A DNA stretch of 64,000 nucleotides from Smithella sp. (GTDB lineage: Bacteria > Desulfobacterota > Syntrophia > Syntrophales > Smithellaceae), in the NCBI GenBank assembly GCA_049517435.1, contig JBEKRZ010000002.1, forward strand, positions 77,659 through 141,658, in the 5' to 3' direction. Positions 59,937-64,000 of this stretch are shown piece by piece. The notes under the pieces are model-generated. The model did no database searches. It was not told the origin of the DNA and worked only from the letters and a program-made list of their open reading frames with translations. The position numbers were made by a program, and so were the translations under genes. Positions within the stretch are counted from its first letter, which is position 1, and each line of letters begins with the position of its first letter.

Positions 59937-59995
59937 GCCTAACGCCAGAACTGTGCGGCGCAGTTTTTTTCGTCCGCACCAGTGATAGGTTATGT
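59937..59995 (-). repeat. attC site of the hydrolase cassette
   Basis: The minus strand reads ACATAAC-ctatcactggtgcggacgaaaaaaactgcgccgcacagttctggc-GTTAGGC. The inner arms CTGTGCGG/CCGCAC(C)AG pair with one extra base. Confidence 0.75.
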
Positions 59996-60035
59996 AACTT
60001 CAATATGTTGATTTAATATCTTATATTTGTTTACA

Positions 60036-60923
60036 TTAAATGTTGATTTGCACAGCATGCTTAGAAATGGCGTCTACTATTTCTGCCCAAACCCCTTTTG
60101 GCATGTCATGTCCCATTCCATCAATTATCAATAATTTTGCTCCCGGTATTACTCGAGCTGTATCTTTTCCTCCTTCGACCGGTATCAGCGGATCATCAGC
60201 CCCATGAATTACAAGTGTTGGAACCTTAATAGATGAAAGCAACGGTCTTCGATCGCCATTGGCAATAAGAGCTATGTTTTGACGTGCCATTCCCTGTGGG
60301 TAGTATGAACGATCATAGCTCTTCTCTAGGAAAGTTCGAGCTCTCTTTTCCTCAAATGGAAATCCGGGACTCCAAATCTTCCGCCATACATTCATATTGT
60401 GTTCAATATATGCTTCGCGTTCCTCTGGTGCAGGCGCGAGAACAGCAGCTATTGTTTCCGGTTTCGCCTGCGGAAGATCAGGATTTCCTGTGGTCGACAT
60501 TATTGAAGTGAGACTCAGGACATGTTTTGGATGTCGATAGGAGATAACCTGGGCTATCATACCGCCCATTGAAGCGCCGCAAATATGTGCCTTCTCAATG
60601 CCTAAAGCATTAAGTAAACCAACGGCGTCATCCGCCATATCATCAAGAGAATATGCTGATTCCACAGGCTTACCTTCCATTGCAGCTTTGATTGCAGCCG
60701 GAAAGTCAGGAATTCCTGCTTCTTCAAATTTTGTCGAAAGACCTGCATCCCGGTTGTCAAACCGAATCACAAAGTAACCTTTTTTTGCTAATAACTCGCA
60801 GAATTCGACATCCCAAAAATAAATCTGAGCACCATTACCTGCAACTAATAATAATGCAGAGAATGAACTATCACCGAAAGTATCATATTCAATTTGGATT
60901 CCATTAGCTGTCACATTAGGCAT
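60036..60923 (-). CDS. cassette ORF: alpha/beta-fold hydrolase
   Basis: The 295-aa product has HG-type LLVAGNG, the nucleophile elbow GASMGG, and late Asp/His residues (HGADDPLIP, GMGHD). Confidence 0.85.
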   Translation of the reverse strand: MPNVTANGIQIEYDTFGDSSFSALLLVAGNGAQIYFWDVEFCELLAKKGYFVIRFDNRDAGLSTKFEEAGIPDFPAAIKAAMEGKPVESAYSLDDMADDAVGLLNALGIEKAHICGASMGGMIAQVISYRHPKHVLSLTSIMSTTGNPDLPQAKPETIAAVLAPAPEEREAYIEHNMNVWRKIWSPGFPFEEKRARTFLEKSYDRSYYPQGMARQNIALIANGDRRPLLSSIKVPTLVIHGADDPLIPVEGGKDTARVIPGAKLLIIDGMGHDMPKGVWAEIVDAISKHAVQINI

Positions 60924-60974
60924 TGCTTACACCTTTTCTAAGTTAATATCATGAATTACTATATTTATCTTGAC

Positions 60975-61042
60975 CCACAACTTTCGAGTTAATGTGCGGG
61001 ACCCGGCGTGCCGGGACACGTCCCTTGAGCGATGCGTTAGTT
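60975..61042 (-). repeat. divergent, GC-rich attC-like site of the DUF1353 cassette
   Basis: The minus strand reads AACTAAC-gcatcgctcaagggacgtgtcccggcacgccgggtcccgcacattaactcgaaa-GTTGTGG. It has internal GGGAC/GTCCC and CCGG/CCGG stems. The R boxes match the consensus poorly and pair only over AAC/GTT. Confidence 0.45.
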
Positions 61043-61043
61043 C

Positions 61044-61697
61044 TCACCGCCCCCACACCAAAGAGCTAATTCCTGACTTGACGGCAATTTCCTTATCAAG
61101 CGCCTTGCATGCTAGCCCGATCTGGTCGCTGTCCGCAGGAGTTTGTTCCGAGACATTTAATTCCCGAAGTGAAGTACGCAGATCAGGCCAAAGTGTGGTG
61201 GGCTTGAGCAAACCGGCATTAGGTGACATGTATCTTGACGGGATAACTCGCACCAGGCCATTCTGCTTGTCCGCCTTGTTGTCGGCCCACGCCTTATCTC
61301 CTGCCAGTTTCACCGCGACGTAGAAACGTGACTGCGTGGCTTGATCAACTCCAGCATCTCGCATAGTTTGGTAGATGATCTTGTCAGCTTCTTTCCGCTC
61401 ACACACCTGCCGCCAATAGAGGTAATCATGAAGAATCGCCGCGGATAGATATTTGCCGAAAGGTGGATACACAGCCCATATCTCACGGGGAGTGCTGGCC
61501 AGGTCGGTGACGAATCCACGCGGCACGACTATCGATACGTGTGTATGGTCGTCTAACTCAGCCACGAACTCAATGTCTTCCCAGACGATCCACTGTGTGC
61601 CATCCCCAAATGGACTTAGTAGCGGGGCGTGGGTAGGCGCAATTGTTGTACACGCGGAAAGACAGACAAACATGATAAACACAAAAAGTCGTTTCAT
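61044..61697 (-). CDS. cassette ORF: DUF1353-like lipoprotein
   Basis: It has a signal/lipobox MKRLFVFIMFVCLSAC and the core VVPRGFVTDLASTPREIWAVYPPFGKYLSAAILHDYLY, typical of DUF1353. GC is about 50%, higher than the neighbours. The start is the ATG at 61697, preceded by GAAGGAG. Confidence 0.7.
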   Translation of the reverse strand: MKRLFVFIMFVCLSACTTIAPTHAPLLSPFGDGTQWIVWEDIEFVAELDDHTHVSIVVPRGFVTDLASTPREIWAVYPPFGKYLSAAILHDYLYWRQVCERKEADKIIYQTMRDAGVDQATQSRFYVAVKLAGDKAWADNKADKQNGLVRVIPSRYMSPNAGLLKPTTLWPDLRTSLRELNVSEQTPADSDQIGLACKALDKEIAVKSGISSLVWGR

Positions 61698-61726
61698 ATG
61701 AGACTCCTTCAACTGTTACACATAAG

Positions 61727-61782
61727 ACTTAACGAAAAAATTAGCCGGAGCGTCGCGATCGACTGTATTGCCTTTGTTATGT
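61727..61782 (-). repeat. attC site of the thioesterase cassette
   Basis: The minus strand reads ACATAAC-aaaggcaatacagtcgatcgcgacgctccggctaattttttc-GTTAAGT. It is closely related to the attCs at 62259-62322 and 62786-62841. Confidence 0.8.
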
Positions 61783-61803
61783 AAAATTTTCGCCTGTGTT
61801 CCT

Positions 61804-62238
61804 TTATTCTCTATTCAAAACAAAAAGACTGGTAGATCCTTTTGCAACAATCTGTTTTTTTTCGTTAAGTATTGTTCCAGACATATAAATTAAACTACCA
61901 CCTTTATTTACTATCTCAGCGATAACTTGTACTTTTTCACCAACAAATGCTTTACCAATAAAGTCTATATTCAAGCTTGTCGTAATAGCTGAGACTTCAC
62001 TTCCCGGATGATTAGCTAATATTCCAAGAATATCACATAACATTGCTGCTCTAATACTGCCATGAAGAATACCAAGCGGATCTGCCATCTCCGGCCGCAC
62101 CTCAAATTCGCATTCCATTCTGTTATCATCTATAAAAATCAATTTTGGGTTAAGCCATGTCGTTACCGGGTTTATGATCTTGCCGCCCACTGATGATAAA
62201 TATTTGCCTTCAAAAGTTTTTAATTCAAGGATATCCAT
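61804..62238 (-). CDS. cassette ORF: PaaI/4HBT-type hotdog-fold thioesterase
   Basis: The 144-aa product has GILHGSIRAAMLCD (the GxxHGG-like motif) and a long central helix plus sheet pattern. Confidence 0.75.
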   Translation of the reverse strand: MDILELKTFEGKYLSSVGGKIINPVTTWLNPKLIFIDDNRMECEFEVRPEMADPLGILHGSIRAAMLCDILGILANHPGSEVSAITTSLNIDFIGKAFVGEKVQVIAEIVNKGGSLIYMSGTILNEKKQIVAKGSTSLFVLNRE

Positions 62239-62258
62239 CTTTTCCTTTCTCTTGATCT

Positions 62259-62322
62259 ACATAACGAAAAAATCAGCGGGAGGCGGGCGTAGCCTGCCTC
62301 CCGCTGTATTGCTTTGTTAGGT
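62259..62322 (-). repeat. attC site of the HEPN-like cassette
   Basis: The minus strand reads ACCTAAC-aaagcaatacagcgggaggcaggctacgcccgcctcccgctgattttttc-GTTATGT. It has a 10-bp GC stem, CAGCGGGAGG/CCTCCCGCTG. The upstream ORF's TAA stop lies inside ACC-TAA-C. Confidence 0.8.
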
Positions 62323-62772
62323 GTCTTTGTCTAAGTATCTTTCCCTCACAAATTTGGAAAGGATTTCCGCTGTCTGGAGTAATTCCTGCTGTCTGAAGGA
62401 AAATCCATTATTCTCGTGATGATATCTTGCATCTACAAAGTGACTGTTGTTACGTTCAAGAATATCGAGAATGTCTGGCTTGCGACTACTGAGTGAGGTC
62501 TGCACTTCCGCACTACATTTCTGGAATAGATCAAGAAGTTTGTGTCCAGCGTCGGCTTCGCCATTCTCCGCAAGGAGAATGTACTTGAGGAAAAGCTCGC
62601 ATGAGAATGATGCGCAGACTGTTCCCGGAACAGTCTGCATCTCGACACCTGCTTCAACCTTGCAACTGTTGAGACAACGGTCTGCAGCCTTGAGGAAGCT
62701 TCCGGCAAAATCAAAGGAGCCAAGATGGATAATCTTCCGGGGTTCGTTCTGTTTTTTGTTGTTATCAGTCAT
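62317..62772 (-). CDS. cassette ORF: HEPN-like helical protein
   Basis: In the 151-aa product, FSCELFLKYILLAENGEADAGHKLLDLFQK...HFVDARYHHEN follows the E-x-x-LK...H-x-L-x-x-L...RY layout of HEPN domains. No partner (MNT-like) gene lies in the same cassette. Confidence 0.45.
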   Translation of the reverse strand: MTDNNKKQNEPRKIIHLGSFDFAGSFLKAADRCLNSCKVEAGVEMQTVPGTVCASFSCELFLKYILLAENGEADAGHKLLDLFQKCSAEVQTSLSSRKPDILDILERNNSHFVDARYHHENNGFSFRQQELLQTAEILSKFVRERYLDKDT

Positions 62773-62785
62773 CTGTCTGATTGTC

Positions 62786-62841
62786 GCCTAACGAAAAAAT
62801 CAGCCGGAGCGTAGCGATCGGCTGGAGTGACTTTGTTAGGC
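62786..62841 (-). repeat. attC site of the nuclease-like cassette
   Basis: The minus strand reads GCCTAAC-aaagtcactccagccgatcgctacgctccggctgattttttc-GTTAGGC. The 7-bp R boxes are perfectly complementary, the inner stem is CAGCCG/CGGCTG, and the bulges are asymmetric. Confidence 0.85.
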
Positions 62842-62909
62842 TTTCATATAAAAGTGTTACGCATATACCCAGAACAATCTGTTACCTATCTTCCCGTTCG
62901 TTCATACGT

Positions 62910-63911
62910 CTATTCTTTATTTTTTGGTTTTGCCTTATTTATTTTAAATTCATTCAATTTTTTTGTTAACTCTTCCATTCTTTTTTTGTTTTTTCTTTCT
63001 CTGTTAAATGTTTTTTCGGTAGGCTCGACAATCTCATTCAAATATTCGAACAGTGATTTGAAACCTACGTTTCCCTTTGAAAAGTGAATTACCGCGAAAG
63101 CTCCCGGACAATAATTTTTGGCTATTACAGATAATACAAATCCGATATCTTCGTTAAATGACTTTAATTTCTTGTTCAAATAGTCTTTACTGTATTTATC
63201 AATAAACCGGTAAAATATTTCTATGTTATATTTTTCTAAATCTTTACCAATAGGAGATTTAAGAATTAAACATTCAGCTTCCGTTGATACATCGGATAAA
63301 TCATTTGATTGTTTAATTTGCTCAATTGTAACGTTTTCATTCAGTCTAAATAAATTTGCGGTGGTAACAATAATTGGAATATGATAAAAGATTATTTCTG
63401 ACGAACCAAGTAACCTTTCTATTTGATGTTCCATCCCATCCAATATTTTTTCAGCCATTGCATAGCTTAATTGATTCATTGCTTGAGAAATAGATTTAGG
63501 ATTTTGCCCTTCTGAATTGATCTCTATCCCTTTCCCACATAATGGTGCTAAAGGTTCATAATCCAATTCAAAGAATTTCTTTTTCTGGGTAAAATGGTCG
63601 TTTGGATTTATAAATGAATATGAATTAATTTCACTGATTCCACCATACGATTCAGGGGTAAAAACCCAATTGGTTGATTGGTCCCTGTATTTACATTCAA
63701 TCATTAGATCAAAGAAATGACCACCTTTAATAAATGAAGCGTCAATATCGTATGAAAACTCATTTACAATTTCACTCTCGTCTCTTCTCAAATAAGTGTA
63801 TTCATAATTTCCAACACAACCATATTTATCAAGCAATGTTTTAACTTCATATTCCAAGGGAATACTTGACTTAAGTAAAAAGTCTTTCCATTTGTTTAAT
63901 TTATTGCTCAT
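62910..63911 (-). CDS. cassette ORF: PD-(D/E)xK nuclease-like N-terminal domain plus an unknown C-terminal domain
   Basis: The 333-aa, AT-rich ORF has SYDIDASFIKGGHFFDLMIECKYRD, which gives a D...(D/E)xK arrangement (D-x13-E-C-K). The C-terminal ~200 aa are unassigned and end in a Lys-rich tail. Confidence 0.5.
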   Translation of the reverse strand: MSNKLNKWKDFLLKSSIPLEYEVKTLLDKYGCVGNYEYTYLRRDESEIVNEFSYDIDASFIKGGHFFDLMIECKYRDQSTNWVFTPESYGGISEINSYSFINPNDHFTQKKKFFELDYEPLAPLCGKGIEINSEGQNPKSISQAMNQLSYAMAEKILDGMEHQIERLLGSSEIIFYHIPIIVTTANLFRLNENVTIEQIKQSNDLSDVSTEAECLILKSPIGKDLEKYNIEIFYRFIDKYSKDYLNKKLKSFNEDIGFVLSVIAKNYCPGAFAVIHFSKGNVGFKSLFEYLNEIVEPTEKTFNRERKNKKRMEELTKKLNEFKINKAKPKNKE

Positions 63912-63923
63912 AGTATTTCATGT

Positions 63924-64000
63924 GTCCTAACAATTAATATACGTATTCGTTTATATACCGGTTTGAAACAAAATCTGTTTTTGGAATGATGTATTTCTAC
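63924..64000 (-). repeat. next attC (R' box GTTAGGA), incomplete or unresolved at the window edge
   Basis: The minus strand reads ...ttcaaaccggtatataaacgaatacgtatattaatt-GTTAGGA, 12 nt upstream of the ATG at 63911. The left boundary (R'' box) could not be placed with confidence. Confidence 0.4.

Larger units (their letters stand above)
58505..64000 (-). mobile_element. integron-type gene cassette array (at least 6 cassettes); no integrase in the window
   Basis: Six co-oriented single ORFs are each followed by a 56-68-nt imperfect palindrome bounded by RYYYAAC ... GTTRRRY. ORF starts lie 14-52 nt after the GTTRRRY box. One stop codon (62317-62319) sits inside an ACCTAAC box. GC content varies sharply between cassettes. 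The array abuts the housekeeping gene ubiE on the left and runs off the right edge. Confidence 0.8.

Noticed and set aside
1-64000. Search for CRISPR arrays, tRNA or rRNA genes, IS elements, transposases, prophage genes and an integron integrase.
   Set aside because: I saw no regularly spaced direct repeats, no tRNA-like T-arm signatures (GGTTCGAATCC-like), no rRNA, and no transposase- or recombinase-like ORF in any frame of the window. A by-eye scan can miss degenerate or small elements.

Overview
This is a 64-kb chromosomal window from a diderm (Gram-negative) bacterium with moderate to low GC. The lineage cannot be assigned from the sequence alone. Short hairpin repeats of the GTCATTCCCGCGAAGGCGGGAATCCAG type, an archaeal-style split glutamate synthase and GnnA/GnnB suggest an uncultured anaerobe, but that is only a guess.

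Most of the window is core metabolism and envelope biogenesis:
- 1-7.9 kb, minus strand: rnd, a BioY-ECF module, a TonB-dependent receptor behind a clear cobalamin riboswitch, and a FecCD/BtuCD-type ABC pair.
- 8.8-29 kb: a glutamine hub with purF, carB, guaA, carA and glnA. Divergent sigma-54 promoters link glnA to a four-gene split glutamate-synthase-like operon, followed by a GAF-type sigma-54 activator and a frameshifted aminotransferase.
- 29-48 kb: ssb and lysS, then lolCD, bamA, skp, lpxD, lpxA, gnnA, gnnB, lpxB, msbA, lpxK, an lpxL-like gene, waaF, gmhB and a waaC-like gene.
- 48-58 kb: rho, rpmE and prfA, then a small islet (C1 peptidase plus two GNATs), then prmC, murA, hisD and ubiE.
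- 58.5-64 kb, minus strand: an integron-type gene cassette array, the most unusual part. Six single-ORF cassettes are each followed by an attC-like imperfect palindrome (RYYYAAC ... GTTRRRY). GC content differs between cassettes. No integrase lies inside the window, so it would be beyond 64000 if present.

Cassette cargo includes a PD-(D/E)xK-like nuclease and a HEPN-like protein (candidate defence or toxin functions), a hotdog thioesterase, a DUF1353-like lipoprotein, an alpha/beta hydrolase and an HxxxDG-type acyltransferase.

Other observations are a ~120-nt repeat with terminal inverted repeats (two copies), an ~85-nt composite hairpin repeat (two loci), REP-like hairpins, and a probable relic of a type III glutamine synthetase 3' end. 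I found no rRNA, tRNA or CRISPR array. All calls come from reading the sequence and the ORF translations; no database search was run.
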